The notes under the pieces are model-generated. The model was not told the origin of the DNA. It did no database searches and was given only the letters and a program-made list of their open reading frames with translations. A stretch of DNA of 64,000 bases, taken from assembly GCA_973895155.1 (NCBI GenBank), contig OZ316891.1, forward strand, positions 26,591,972 through 26,655,971, written 5' to 3'. Shown one piece after another: positions 22,512 through 36,559 of this stretch. The stretch's first letter is position 1; each line of letters opens with the position of its first letter. The position numbers were made by a program, and so were the translations under genes. The DNA comes from Marsupella aquatica (taxonomy: Eukaryota; Plantae; Marchantiophyta).

Positions 22512-23098
22512 TGTTGAGTGAAGACATTATTCACAATGACATGCCATGCCATGAAAGTTCAATGAACAAGTAATAGACTTAGAGTGAGATTTGGTTCATC
22601 TTAGTATGGATGAGATGAAGTATACAAGAGTTTTATTGCACTCTAGACCCATTGGTTATACTAAATCTTCTTAACACAAGCTCTCCTTGATTCATCTTAC
22701 CATACCATAAATGAGATGACATACACAAAAGTACACAAGAGCTTTATTGCACTCTAACCCATTGATCATACTAAATCTCCATAACACAAGCTCTCCCCGG
22801 TTCATCTTACTATAGATGAGTGCACTCTAGACCCATTGGTCATACTAAGTCTTCATTACACAAGCTCTCCTCGGTTCATCTTACTATAGATGATTGGTAC
22901 ATGAAAGTACACAAGAGCGTTATTGCACTCTAGACCCATTGGTCGTACTAAATCTCCATAACATAAGCTCTCTATATTTCAAGTGGCTCCATACTAGTGA
23001 CCCTTAGTTACACCTAACAAGCAAATATCTGCTTGTGTATATAGTGTGCAACACGATTAACATAAGGTTAGCCTAATTATGATTGCAGTTGTCTAGCA
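22512..23098. mobile_element. Degenerate solo LTR of the local copia family, with internal tandem amplification
   Basis: Starts TGTTGAG and ends CTAGCA. Flanks AGTTC/AATTC are a 4/5 TSD match. Shares GGTTCA, ACACAAGAGCTTTA, AAGCTCTC, TCAAGTGGCTCCATA and TATAGTGTGCAAC with the LTR at 58372-58792. Confidence 0.7.
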
Positions 23099-26000
23099 AA
23101 TTCTACAATAAAGTTCCTTTTTTTTTAAGATTGAAGATTTCAGTCTAAGAGCTTTTGACACTAAATGATAACTTTGGTGAGCCCCACCTGTAGACAGAAT
23201 ACTTCTTTTGGTCCACTTGGGAGAAAAAGTTTTGCAACTAAGTCCATTAAATATCTCTCTCTTACCTTCATGTTCCCTATCTTGTTTCACTAAATTTGAA
23301 CTTTACCTTCTACAAACTGGCTATTCCTTTTTTTCCTGAATTTAAACCTTTGCAGTCTCTGTTGTAAATTGAGGCTCGGAACCAAAATCTCAGGAATTCC
23401 GAAAAAATTTGGTTGAAGTTGATCAAAGCAATTTACTTCTTGATTTGTGCAGAAGAAGTGTGTGAACTTTTGTGTTTGTATATAGTAAAGTCATGTTTAC
23501 ATGCCATTGTGGGATAATTATCATGCTCTAGTAATAGAATCCAAGTACACTCAATGGCCTAAGAGATCTTTATTATTACTAGTTTTAGTAACAGCAGAGG
23601 AGGATTTAGATCATGATTCAATCCAAATCTCAGCTATGCATTCTTCTCCAATCACAATGACCACACTAGTTTTGAGGGGGCTATACAAGCACAAGTAATG
23701 TTATGTTTACAAGGCATTGTTCTCCAAGAACGCACTCATAAGGAGAAAATCACTCAATGCCCATTCTTCTCCACAAATGCACTCAAATTACAAACAGAAA
23801 AATCACTAAGGTCAATTTGCACACTCATTACACATACAGCAAATGCCAACCGGGATACTTCTCTGTTGTGTGCAATGAAGAGGCCCTTGCACTCAACCAG
23901 AGTGGGACAACCCCTTAACCTGAGTGGACAGCCCCATGAGCACATACCAGGGCATTTCAAAGCTGACAATTTGATGTACCTCACCTCCCTAGTTATTGGT
24001 TATTGGTTCCCTGGTTATTGGTTCCCTAGTTAGTGGTTATTGGTTATGGACACAAAAAATTATGTACTCGAGCATTCATAGTCCATAATTTAACTTTTTG
24101 TCATAAGGATTGGTTTTATGCCAATGGCTGGTGAAAGAAAAATTAAATAATTTTTTTTATAGAATATTATGAAAATTCCTGACCTATTATTTATTAACGA
24201 ATGCATCATCCTTAATTTCCAAACTTTAAGAAGCCCTACTGTCCCTCAATGAATTGGGGACGATTGAGTTCCATGGACTATATAAATTATCAAGTCTCCA
24301 TCTCAAGACAATATGCACTGTCATCGAGAGAAGATACACTACCATCAGCTGTGGCACTTGTGGGAAACACTCGTCACCTCAATTCTTTAGCGAACCGTGA
24401 CTGCTCCAGAGAAACTGAAGCCAATGTCACTACTCACATGACATATCGCTTCAAAACTAGATACCGAAATGGAATCATTGGGATTTTTTAAACTACGTAC
24501 AATCGACTAGATGCGCATTTGCCAATTTTTGAGAGAAAGTTGAGAACGGACGGTGCTGTATCTAGTCCAGCAAGTCCCGATGAGTCCATGCCGGTCCTGA
24601 TGCTGGATCTGGCTTTGAAAATTTGGTGCTAGCATTCAGGTATGTAACCCAATTCAAGAGTAAATTAAAAGAATCAGGACTTGTGGTCAGCGGCAATCGC
24701 TGAATACAAATTCAAACAGCAAACGTTATACTCTAATGAAGAAGAACGCGGGTGGTCAACCCTGATACCTGGCTGCAAATGTGATCGTGGATAATTTGGT
24801 TATCTCCGCAGACCCGATGACCAGGCTTTATTATGTGGTGAAATCGTTGAGCTGTGAGGCCGGCATTCGAGACATTCCCCGGCTGTGCAGCTTCCACAGC
24901 TAACATGCAATGCAAGAAGTGCACCTCGGCACAATCAAGTGAAGACTGACCTGAGTTACAAATGTTAAGAGTTTCAATTTGATACACTTAACATGTTACT
25001 GCTTTGAGTTGTCTGATGAATATGATGGCAATGTATGATAAGGAATGCGCAATGCAACAATTCTAACGACAACTCTGTATTTCCAACGCATCAACGTTGA
25101 AGCAAAGCTGACACATGGACGCTGAAGGAATGATAACAGAAGCTCCTTATATATATTTTCTACACGAATGTTCAAGCTAAAATTTCATTTGAGGAGAAAG
25201 CACCAGGATGGAATTAAAATGGATCTGATGGGATTCTCAAAACTCTCAGTATCAATTCCTCCGTGTGGCGGAAAACTAACTACAGCACTGTGTGAACCCA
25301 ATTCGAACGTGGCGCCTCTGCGTATCGTAGTGAAGTTAAAAGCTCGAAAAGTCCGTACTGGCAGAGTGCATGCCATTCCTTCTGCACATTTGCGCAATGT
25401 GTCCAGCCAACTGCCAGTATGGACTTTTCGATCCATTAATTTACTGCGAGTCGTGTACTCTTCAGTCTCAAGCCATCACCATTCCCGATGTTCAAGATTG
25501 GCGATGAAACTTTTCTTGGCCAATATCGAAAATCTACAGAATGATAGAGGGCTCCTCAGCTGCAAGTCGCAGCAAACTTAACAGCTCGAAGGTCCACCAC
25601 TCTGGCAGCGTCAATAGAACAAATGATATGTCCTTCCTCCCGGACTTTGCGAGCCTTAACAAATCATACTCTAGCTGCCAGTATGAACCTTCGACCTGTT
25701 AAGATACCACGAGGCAGAAACGTCATGATGCGTCAAACCATTCGTACCGGGAAGTCAGACCATTCGTACCACCATAGCCCAAGGCGGTAGTCACCTGGGA
25801 GGAATCTGGTATCGATTCGACTATGAAAATAATACAAAAGAAAATTCAATGACGTTTAGCACATCCGGCTGCATGTAACAAAAGCTTCCAATGTGATCCA
25901 GCTAGCCATTTAGTAAGATCGACCAGGACTCTAACGGTGAGACAGAAACTGGAATTTCAAACTATAGTCGTACAAAGCTAGTTTTCCTCGTACTGTCTCG

Positions 26001-27164
26001 TGTCCCATCGTCTCTTCTTCCTCTGACGCAGCCAAGATGAAGCCAAGATGCACCCAACGACTGGACCAACGCCCACATATAGTATACTAGCGGAACAGGA
26101 TCTTGCAGACTCTCAATCATACCTTTGACATCGAAATGACGAAAGAGAGAGAGAGAGAGATTTGCTTGGATCGAATTATATACCCAACCTACATTTATAC
26201 GCGATCCATACGAGGTTCTCGACTGCAAACTAAACTAATTAAGAACTATGAACGCGTTGCTTTTAGCTCATCGATCACTCGATTATTATCAGACTCCATC
26301 AAGTCGAGGAGCCTGCTGATGCGCAATTCCGTAATCACGACGCTCGACGCACTCAATTTATTTAATAAAAGATGAAGACAGCCAATCAGTCTCCATTTGA
26401 TTGGACAATCGATCCGGAATGATGCCTCCAAGCCAATGACGATTGTTGAGTTTAGTTTGAAAGCGGTCCTTCAAATTACGTCAACTGGTCAATTGCCGCC
26501 GCGTCTCAGGAGTTCGTCTCCTCCAATTGAAAGACTTGCGTGTAGTGCAGGTTTATCACTGTAGCTATTACTTCGAGCTTGTTGCTGAAGCTTTATTTGG
26601 AGTCAGATCGGGTGGGTTTGAGCTTCTTCCTGACGCTTTGGTTGGAGACCGGATCTGGTGGAATCCAGGACGGACAATCTGATGAATACCAGACCTGACA
26701 ATCTGGTGGAAGTCTCTCATTATTGTTTTGTCTTGTGTCTACTTTTTAGGGGTAAGTTTGTCTTATTATGATTTTGTATTCTTCTGTGCTTCTAACTTGT
26801 TGAGAGAGCTCTTTGGGGAATGAATGCACCACTGAATACTGAGAAAGGCATCTAGCACTGAAAGAGGCATCATGTCGACATCATTCTGTTTCTGCGTCAT
26901 GCATGAATGATGCAAAGTTTCGTAAACGTGAAAGTTTTATTTTTGGGGAGGAATTCGATTGCTTTCTCTACTTAGTTCAGACGACGTTAGTACCATGTTC
27001 GACACGCCTGATCAGTATCTATGAAGATAGCATACTCATCTTGGTCAACAGATTGACTTAGGTTCAGCATTGATTTCAGGCCTGCTTGCGACTTCCCTAC
27101 ATCCTGCTTACAGTAGTTATCACAGTTGATCCGAAACTTTGGGGTGGGTTTCTGCCCACGCATC

Positions 27165-27487
27165 GACGACATATCCATCATGATAGTGGTTAGATCATAT
27201 ATGCAATGATTCCCATCCTGCACGTGGATTTCTGCCCACAGATCAGGCGACAATCATACATCACGATGGTGTTTAGATCATACAATGCCTTCTATCCTGG
27301 GTGTGGAATAATTTCTGCGTACCGATCTGACGACATATCCATCACGACGGTGGTTAGATCATACAATGGTCCCAATCCTGGGCGTGGATTTCTACCCACA
27401 GATTAGATGACATATCGATCACGATGGTGGTTAGATTATACAACGGTTCCGATCCTGGGCGTGGACTTCTGCCCACAGATTAGACAA
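27165..27487. repeat. Tandem array of four ~80-bp units
   Basis: GACGACATATCCATCACGATGGTGGTTAGATCATACAATGG.CC.ATCCTGGGCGTGGATTTCTGCCCACAGAT repeated four times. About two units recur at 42730-42905. Confidence 0.88.
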
Positions 27488-29829
27488 CTACTCATATCCA
27501 TCGTTCTCAAGATTTCATAGTGTATCTTTTCACGAGAGATAAATAATTATGATAGATATACAATTCAAGTTAGCTTTCAGGGCAGGCCGATATAACATTC
27601 TACTATATGTTTTGAGTCCCAATCCAGTGCACTGATTCTGAGTACAGTAGCTGACGTCCATCAATCAGGGGACAATTACCATCTCACTTCAAGTTATCCT
27701 TAGCCAAAAGGCAGCTTCAAGTAGTCAGTGTAATGTTTTCTGGACTCCTACCCTGGTGGGGTGGGTTCATCCAATGACTGACTGTGCATGCTTCCCGTGT
27801 GGTAAATTCGAGTATATACTGGACAATTGCACCTGTACACTCTGGGCCAATTGCCTTCCTTTCGTTTGACCCATTCATAGAGAACATGTTCAGAGCATGC
27901 ATTCTATTTGTCTAAAAGGAAATCTGTATTTAGGTTATATATATATATACAGTACTTCCTTTCAATTCACCATGATGAACAGCCGTGATCAAACTAAGGT
28001 GAAAAAGTCCTCAGTTCAGAATTCATCCTCAGGACTGGTGGTTACTTGGTTATCTTAAAGTGCACAAGAATCAATTATTAGTTATTAGATGGCAGAGTCT
28101 AAACTACATCATGTTAAAACGAAGACCAGAGTGCCTTTGATTAATATATGTAGCGTCATGAACTTGTCAGCACGAGACTCTAACCCGAGCTCTTTCATCG
28201 TTAGGACACGGTGTGTTCTTAGTAGGGAAGCCCTTCGTAAGGAACTTATTCTTATGATTTGAACGCTGCCTCGTTCCTCTGTTAATGCGGTAGCTTAAAG
28301 CTCTTCCACTCTCTGCTTTTGTTTGTGTGTTTGCGAGAGCAGCAATGCGTCGTTTCATTACGTTTCAACTAGGCAAAATATTTGTGTCAGTATTGCATTT
28401 TGTTTTATTGCGTTGAGGTGTAGGAGTAAGGATCAATATTCTAATCACCTGCCGATCTGTTGAGTAGGATTTTGAAGGCAGGTTAAATAGGACATCATTT
28501 CAGTTGGATTACTCCTAAGTGGGTATGATTGATTGAATGAAATCTGTTTTAAACAAATTGGCTAAATCAACTATTGTAGATGAAAATCAACTATTGTAGA
28601 TGAAAATAACATTTTTTGCCTGAAATTGTGAAGCAGACAAGAAACTCAAAGTTGTCTCGTTCTCGTTGTCCCATTCTGCTCCAGCAGACCTACTGATGAC
28701 TTAGATAGAGGCACATCCCGTAGGTCTCCTGGGAGTTTCAGCCCAAGGTAGTGAGCTATCATTCACGGATAACCAACGTAGAGCATGGCTGACATGTGAA
28801 AGGATTTTGATGAGAGAAGAATGTTTTCGCATGCAGAAAGCTTCATTCATGACAAGCTGGGTCAAAGCCTTTTTCGTTTTATCCTGGATCCATGGTGAGT
28901 TGAACTACTCAGGATTCGAGTGTTAACTCAGGAAGCGAAATTAGTAGCTTTGCATGGGCATCCACGAGTGAAGTGGGTTGTTAGCAATGTTTAGAAGATT
29001 AGACTACAAAGACTGCATCGCGAAGCAAAGTAAACCGAGGGAACCTGCCAAAATCCATCCCATGTCTGTGCACAACCTTCAAATAAGAGGAATCCCCTGT
29101 CTGTTTACAAGCTTCAAAACGAAGTAAGAAACAAACTTGAAACAGAGCGAACAAAACGAGGGAACCAGACCTTGTCCTTTTATGTTTTTCAGCATATTTT
29201 GACATGATTTCTTGGATATACTGAAAGGGGGTGAAGCACTGCAACGCCCCGGTTGCCATTGCTTGTCTTGCGTTGTCCTTGCGCTCCCCCACAACATCAC
29301 TTTTGCAATAATAATAATAGACAACATCGCTCTCCCCAACAACATCACTCTTTGCAACATAATAATCGACCACATTGCTCTCCCCAACAACATCACTTTT
29401 GCAACAATAATAATCAACAACATGATAATACACACATTGCTCTCCCCAACAACATCATTCTTGCAACAATAATAATCAATAACATGGCAATATAACGGGA
29501 ACGTACAACGACATTTCCGATTGGTCTGGGGCCATCAGGTTGTAACTTAATGGTGCTCGATCCGTCGCTCTGTTGTGACCCCTTGTCAAGAAGACTAGCT
29601 AGATCACGGTATCAATGTGAGCAGTTTCTCGCAAGATAGGTCCAATTATTAGCTCCTAAACAAAGCTGCAGATCAAGTTCTGGGCATAGACACCGGCTTA
29701 CATATATATGTGATCATAATTGTATAAATCCTTGACGGTACGTCGAGATGATCTCCGTCCGTCTTTCAATTCGTTGTGTTCGGTTGCTACAGATTTTTGT
29801 ATGTCCTGTCGAATAGTTCGCCCATATTG
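27260..29829. repeat. Segmental duplication copy A (partner at ~42730-44390)
   Basis: 27260-27430 matches 42730-42905, and 28300-29829 matches 42905-44390, colinear and in the same orientation. Confidence 0.9.
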
Positions 29830-30383
29830 TTGTACTCCGAGAGGTCTAGTCTGCGGAATCGTTAGTGCAGTTTTTGAGGCGATGGCCAGCTGTAGATGTT
29901 TCTTGCAAAGGTCTTTGCACGTAATTTAGTTCCAACATCGCAGATCGACCTGTACATAAGTGGAGGAAAGAAAGTGCCGCAAGAATACTAGAAACGTGAA
30001 ATGGCGCATCTAAAGGACGAAGACTACTATATGTCTAGGAGACAGATCGATGGCTGGAAAATATGGTGCTAGTTAAAAATGAGATCGAGTACAGCACATG
30101 ATTGCTTTGTACTAGTTCATGAGTATTGCACTCAAACATCACAAATTATAATTAGAGCCAAGATGGCCCCAAAAGGTATTCCGATTTGGATATAAAATTA
30201 AAGGAGTCTAGCTCCTCAAGTTCACAGTAAACGTGGAGTACGTGCATGATCATCGATCACGACAGAGACAGAGCTCTCAAATGAATTTAAGCAGGCTTCG
30301 ATTGATTGTTGGGTTCAAACAATTCATCCCAATTGGGGATTTACTACATACCCACCTAAGTCACCGTGCGTTGGAGTTCATTC

Positions 30384-31619
30384 CTAATGGCAACTATGCG
30401 GCCACAAGACGCCTGCTAGTACGCCAGGGGCTTCGGGCCTCACACGCAGTTGGCAATCCACGGGAACAGAAAACCGTTTCATTTTGAATCCGAGGATCTT
30501 AAATTTCCCGGTTGCTGAACACCTCAAGAGTATCTGGACAGCGGAACTGGCAATTTCTGCTTGCAGAGCGCCCACAGTGTCCACCGGAACAATCGTCACC
30601 TGTTGCAGCAGATCAGCTAAGAGAGCTGTACTCGTCCGCTTTGCTTGAGTAAAACCGGGATTCGTGGCATTGTTGAGAGTGAGCTGATTGTAGAAGATAG
30701 TGGCCGAGATCTGGCTGTATGCGACCTGCGCGTATCGATTTGGATTGCTCAAATTGAAGGGAAAATGCATCGCAGTCTTCAGCAGGTCTCCGTCTGAGCC
30801 CTTGGTGAAGTTCAGACTCGTGAATGCAGGATCGCCAATCTCGAGTGATGGCAGCTTGGGATTCATCAGGGCGGCCATCACCGCCACTGTAATGCCACCA
30901 GCGAATGCAACCAAGACGATTATAATACAGAACAACCAACAGGTGCACCGTCTGCGTTTCGCCTCCCGTTCCAGATCAGCTTTATTGGATGGAAAAATGT
31001 ATCTGTCCCCCGGCTTTGGATGGTACTCAAAATCCCTAACACCTGGAGCGAATTCGAGCGTCTTCTTGGTTGAGTGGAAAGGGCTTTCAGAGACTGTAGC
31101 TGTAAGACGAGTGGGAGGAAGTGGGAGAGGCAACGGCACAGATTGAAAGTCACCATCCTGAGCAGTCTGAGGTAGAACGGCGCTTTCAAACTTCGTGGAT
31201 GAGGTTTTCATCATGGATGAAGACTCAGTCGCGGATGAGGAGTTTTCCTTCGTGGTGGGGGATGTTTCCTTCGCGCGTTGGTATAAATCCAGAGTCAGCG
31301 GAGCTTCAGAAGAGTCGGGAGATGTCCCCGGTCGAAGACGGGAAGAGAAGCTGAACGAGGAGGCTGAGGACGGATCAGACGTGGAGCTCAGGTTCTCACC
31401 GGACACCGCACTGGAAGTTCGAGCCGCGGCCTCACCTCCTCCCGCAGCAGCTTCAAGATCGCTGATCGGACTCGCCATGGTACTCACCCGTGACCTTGCA
31501 CGACCTCTGGATCTGGACCTTTTCAACGTTGGAGACCATAGTTCTGGGTCCGGAGGGCCCGTTGTGATTCCCTTTAGTGTCTCGTACCATAACGAGCCTT
31601 TAGTGGCGCTATCAGCCAT
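30384..31619 (-). CDS. NDR1/HIN1-like (LEA_2 domain) type II membrane protein with a long Ser-rich N-terminus, 411 aa, intronless
   Basis: KRRRCTCW basic/Cys motif followed by a TM helix (LFCIIIVLVAFAGGITVAVMAALM), then PKLP, NPN..(V/I).Y and C-terminal VDC...C, all typical of LEA_2/NHL proteins. Confidence 0.88.
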   Translation of the reverse strand: MADSATKGSLWYETLKGITTGPPDPELWSPTLKRSRSRGRARSRVSTMASPISDLEAAAGGGEAAARTSSAVSGENLSSTSDPSSASSFSFSSRLRPGTSPDSSEAPLTLDLYQRAKETSPTTKENSSSATESSSMMKTSSTKFESAVLPQTAQDGDFQSVPLPLPLPPTRLTATVSESPFHSTKKTLEFAPGVRDFEYHPKPGDRYIFPSNKADLEREAKRRRCTCWLFCIIIVLVAFAGGITVAVMAALMNPKLPSLEIGDPAFTSLNFTKGSDGDLLKTAMHFPFNLSNPNRYAQVAYSQISATIFYNQLTLNNATNPGFTQAKRTSTALLADLLQQVTIVPVDTVGALQAEIASSAVQILLRCSATGKFKILGFKMKRFSVPVDCQLRVRPEAPGVLAGVLWPHSCH

Positions 31620-33144
31620 ATCTTCTCGATCTCTACTCAGATGTCTAAGAAATCAATGCTAGGATGGACTAGTGCGAAGTAGAAACCTCTTTTGAAGTGT
31701 TGCGAATGCCCTGGCTGATCACCACCTCCGTGCAAGCTAGCACTCGAGCATCATGTGTATTTGATCGTCGTCCATTTACCTGCCTAATACAATTTCAGAA
31801 CCTGAGCTCCAATCAAGTCCTCCACCATTACAATTGAGCACCAGCGACTAACTTCCGGTTTCAGCGAGTCGGTACATGAATTGCCTCCATGTGTACGCCG
31901 GCGCTAAGTACTGCTTCGCCCCTATGACCGAAACGCATTCACCCCTGTCGATGACGAACATAACCACCACCTAGATTGATAGGTCATGCTGTGCAATGTT
32001 GTTAATAAGTTCATATATGATTGATTTCTTTCCCAAGTCCTTTTTGACGATGATGCAATTCAATTCCGATCCTGTGTAAGATTCGCCAACGAAGCCAATC
32101 AGGTGGAGTGCTGTTGTAAACTTTCCTTCACAGCACGGGCAGATTCTGTGAAAGCTTGATCATAGGCTATTTTTGCTTGCTGTTGTTTGGCTTGAAGCTC
32201 TTGGTAGTTCAATCTGGGCCAGCTGAGCTTCCACATACAATAATGCGAAATCATGTCCGTGCAGTCTTTGATCGATGATGACTATGAGCCGCCCCTCAGC
32301 TGTGGACTTTCTAGCCTGGTGATCATATTCAAGCGCTGCGTTGCGAGAGTGTAATTTACTCCACACCAAATGAGATGAGATGGAGCAAGCCTTCTTCTGG
32401 CCAGAGTATGTGGAGTATATTGTCCGGCAGCCAGGAGGAACGAGACGCACACAAAGTGCCATTGAGAACCGTCATGGAGTAGCGACATTGACGAAGTCGA
32501 GGTAACGAGACCAGTCTAACGAATTCCGCTTCTGGAACATGGGAAACTCCATCAAAACCACAACTAACCACAACTACGAGTATAAAGGTTACCCGGAGTC
32601 CTCCCGGAGTCCTCATTAGCTGAACTAAGTTTAGCTATGTGATGGGGGCCCAAAAAAAAGCCCCCCAAGATACTTTTGTCAAAAATATATACTGACTGCA
32701 ATACTGGACTTCTGTACAGTTTCTCTTGTTCTAAAGAGAAACAAAATACAATGTATTGTATGATGTATATGGTATTTATATTCAGGTAAGATTAAGGCAA
32801 GATTATTTTTTTCCCTCAAAAAACCAAAAAAATTTCATTCATTTAGTTAGCATACAAAGAGGCCTCAGAAGAGGGCACCAACCCAAGGGACCAAAGGTCA
32901 ATGTGTCGGGGATTGGTGAAGCCAGGACCAGGTAAAAAAACTGAGCCTCAGATAAGGTAGCCAAACAAAAAATTTGGAGATTAGAGTCGGAGCAACACAC
33001 CCCCATGGACCGGTCAGTCAAGATTCAGGCAACATTGTTTTGCACAGGTGATAGGGTGGATCGACTGAAGCTTGTTGTCATATCTATTGTCCAACGGTTG
33101 AATTTTGGCCCCATTTTCTGGTCAGCCAAACATGACCTCGTCAG

Positions 33145-33496
33145 TGTTGAGCATAGACAACATTCGCAACGGCATGCAAGCCCATGAACCATCCAACGCA
33201 CAATAGTCGACACAGACTGAGAGATACGTGGTTCACCTCCACATGAGACTACGTCCAAGGGAACACACAAGAGCTTTACTACACTCTAGGCCGACCGGCC
33301 ATACCAAGCATCCACAGCACAAGCTCTCCCTATCTCTCAACTAGCTCCGTAACAATGAGCCTAAGTTCCACCACGGGCTAGCATCAACCCTGGCTATATG
33401 CACAACAGCACTACCGCTAACATTAGCTAAGTCCTAACCCGAGTTAAACTAACTGTGGTTAGCTCATGAGTCACAAGACTAGAGCAATATCTAACA
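33145..33496. mobile_element. Solo LTR related to the copia LTR at 58372-58792
   Basis: TGTTGAGCATAGAC...CTAACA termini. The first ~220 bp are highly similar to 58372-58580. Flanks GTCAG/GTCAA are a 4/5 TSD match. Confidence 0.85.
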
Positions 33497-34031
33497 GTCA
33501 ATTGGTCTGGCCTATGCAGGGGCGACCTGGAGCTATAGAGGATCACATGCACTGTTCAATGGCCGGTTGCCAGTGCCGCTCAAGCTTGGCCTTCGGCACC
33601 CTGGTGTGCCAGCCTTGCAACATAACAGACCCACGAAGGATACGACAGAGGTTCATACTGCACAAGCTCCTGTTGCAATGCGTGTGCCGCTGCAACGTGC
33701 GTAGCAATGCGACACACGTTGTTTTGTAATAACGTACAAATGAAGTCAATTTTAAAGGTTCCTGTCCATTTTTTGGCCAGGGAGGCGAATGCCATATTGT
33801 GTGATGGTGAAGATGCTACGAGTATTATTAGCCATCTAATCTAATTTTCTTGGATTATCATTTGACAGTTACATCTGCCTAGCTAGATGATTTTAAGATG
33901 ACAGTCATATTTTGGCTAATGGGCACTATGGCTCAGTGAGAGCTTGGCTAATTGGCCACTTTTTGCCAAAAGTGGCTAAGACTTTTCACTTAGGGTGACA
34001 TTTGATGGTAATACCAAAGGGGTCTAAATTA

Positions 34032-34396
34032 GAGCATCTCCACCTTGCTTGGTTTTGTGCTGATGGAGAGAAATTTTGATTTTTGTGTTAAGATTGACAC
34101 AAGCTGCAGAGTGTTAGGTTTTAGCAATAATGGTGGCCGCCAAACAACCCTCCATAAACCTCCATTTGCACCAACAGTAGCAGAGACAGGACCAAGACCA
34201 GTTTGTAGACAATCCTGACCAATTTGAAAGTGCAAACACACCAATCCAGACCAATCTCAAAGTACAAACACGCCACTTTGGGAATGGAGGTCAGCTTGGG
34301 GGTTGTCAACTTTAGATGGCTGCAGAGGTATTTAATCCCAGTAATGTGCCCTTATAATTTTGGGGATACTTGGCCACTAAACCAGTAGAGATGCTC
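34032..34396. mobile_element. Tourist/PIF-Harbinger-like MITE candidate
   Basis: GAGCATCTCCAC at 34032 and GTAGAGATGCTC ending 34396 are inverted. The left flank is TTA and the right flank TTT (imperfect TSD). Confidence 0.5.
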
Positions 34397-35506
34397 TTTC
34401 CAAATGTGCCAATGCAAGGTTAGATTATCTGCCAAAGTCTCAACAAATCTACTCAATATGACCCTAGTGTATTGTCTTGAATGATCAAGTAACAAAATCT
34501 AAGCTATAATTTGCAATCCAAGTCTACTCCAATTTCACTTAGGAGCTACTCCTGTGCATACACATGGGTGTTACTCCCAACTGGGAGACATGATCCCAAA
34601 AGCAAAGCAACCCAACGAAGGGAGGAAAAGAGGGTTAGTTACACATAGGATAGGCAGCTTCCCAAGGGAGAGAAAACCCAGAGAACCAAGCAAGGTCAGC
34701 CTGCAAACCCGGACAAACCATGAGGTGGGTTTAGAGCAGCTTTATTTGGTAACAATAAAATGGACTGCGGTGGGTTTGGAGCAGCTCGATGCGGTAACAA
34801 GTATGGACTGCGGTCGGTTCGGAGCAGCTCGACGCTGTGCCAACTCTGGACTGCAGATTTTCGTCAATTACAGCAATGTCAATAGTCATTGGCCTGGTCC
34901 TGAACTCGGTCTAAATTTGTTTCATTTAATTGACTACCGCTTCCCGTGCAACACATCCAAAGCAGCGCTCCACGATTCTCCCTCAGAGCAACTCTCCTCT
35001 CGATCTTCCGTAGAAAAAATCGAACACCCAGAGAGCAGACTGAGAAAGAACTACTACGCAATCAAAAGTCAAATCCAGTGACCTTCACTCTGATCCTTCT
35101 ATTTAATCCTTGAGAAATTCAACCCCCCAACCCGATGCATGCACTTGCCCAACGAGGGAATGGGCAGAAGCACCTCGGTAGGTGGATTTGACTGGATCTG
35201 CTTTGGTACGACGTACCACCCGTGCTGATGCCTACAGTCTCGAATGAAGACAGGGAAAAACTGCTTCTCAAGGGAGCTTTGAAATAGTTAGAACGGTCGG
35301 GTGGAGTTGCAAACGTCAAGTAGTGAGACTAGGATTGCAACACGATGATCACTGTAACTTGGATCTTGGTCCCCCTCAATTCGGTCCTTTGCGAAACTGA
35401 ATCAGAATTCAGAACCCACCGCAGCAACCTTCATCCTGGTCCATTGCAAAAACTGGTCCATTGCAAGCTGGACCAGCCAGGACTGGATAACTCACTGTCG
35501 ATGGTC

Positions 35507-35890
35507 ATACGGAAGTGACAGTTCTCCACCTATTTCTCATGAACACGGCAGATTTGATGAACTATTTCGCGAATTTCAAATACCATCCATTCCGAATGGG
35601 CTGGGGCTCTGCGCAGCCTAATCAAAAGAGCCTCTGTATATATGCCATAAGCGGTAACACCATAGACTAAACAGTGACAAGTCAAGTTATTGGAACGCAA
35701 TACGGAAGTGACAATTCTCCCCCTATTTCTCATGAACACGGCAGATTTGATGAACTATTTCGCGAATTTCAAATACCATCCATTCCGAATGGGCTGGGGC
35801 TCTGCGCAGCCTAATCAAAAGAGCCTCTGTATATATGCCATAATCGGTAACACCATCTAAACAGTGACAAGTCAAGTTATTGGAACGCAA
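35507..35890. repeat. Near-identical tandem duplication, two ~192-bp units
   Basis: ATACGGAAGTGACA...GTTATTGGAACGCAA at 35507-35700 and 35700-35890, with very few differences. Confidence 0.93.
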
Positions 35891-36559
35891 TTGAGAGGTG
35901 ACTGATCAGGTGGGTCGTCGTCCTTTATTGGGTTGTGACAAATGAATAAATTGATGTCGATTGACAAAGACTATGAACTGTAGCAGCTATCCAAGATATG
36001 AAGCAAAATTCCTAACTAAATCATCATGACAATCACGACCTGGTTGCCTAGGTAAGCCCCGCGAAACTCAAACGACCCCTGAGCTAAACTGGTTTTGTGG
36101 CGCACCATCAAACCTATTTCGCCGCAAAAATTTTACAATTTCAACTCTTGTTTGAAATTGACGCTTTTACTCTATGCCTAATCTACTTTCTCTACTCAAA
36201 ATTGACGGCTCTCCGATTCCCATTGGTAGTAGCGTTCATTAATGCGAAGAAATTTCTTCAATGAATCTCTCGAACTGGAAATAAATCGAGGTAGCACCGA
36301 AGGCCAAAAAATTGAAATTCATCCACGCCTCAGCTTAGACATTTTCTGCCAATGAATATGTTAGGGGTAACAAGTTCAACGATGTAGGTAAAGATATAGC
36401 ACTGACGAAGACTACTCTCTGTCGGAACCCGGCATAACATCGTAACTGAACGGATTAAATCCTTGAGTCGTCTCCACCTTCACATCATCCCGGGTATGAG
36501 CTGGTTGTTGGGAGCTCATAACTGTTGTTGCGAGCTCATAGAAACTGTAGGTTGCTGCC

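Noticed and set aside
28999-29495. Overlapping repetitive ORFs (VVDYYYCKSDVVGES / IIIINNIALPNN), also at 43740-44140
   Set aside because: These are translations of a ~50-bp minisatellite that is open in several frames.
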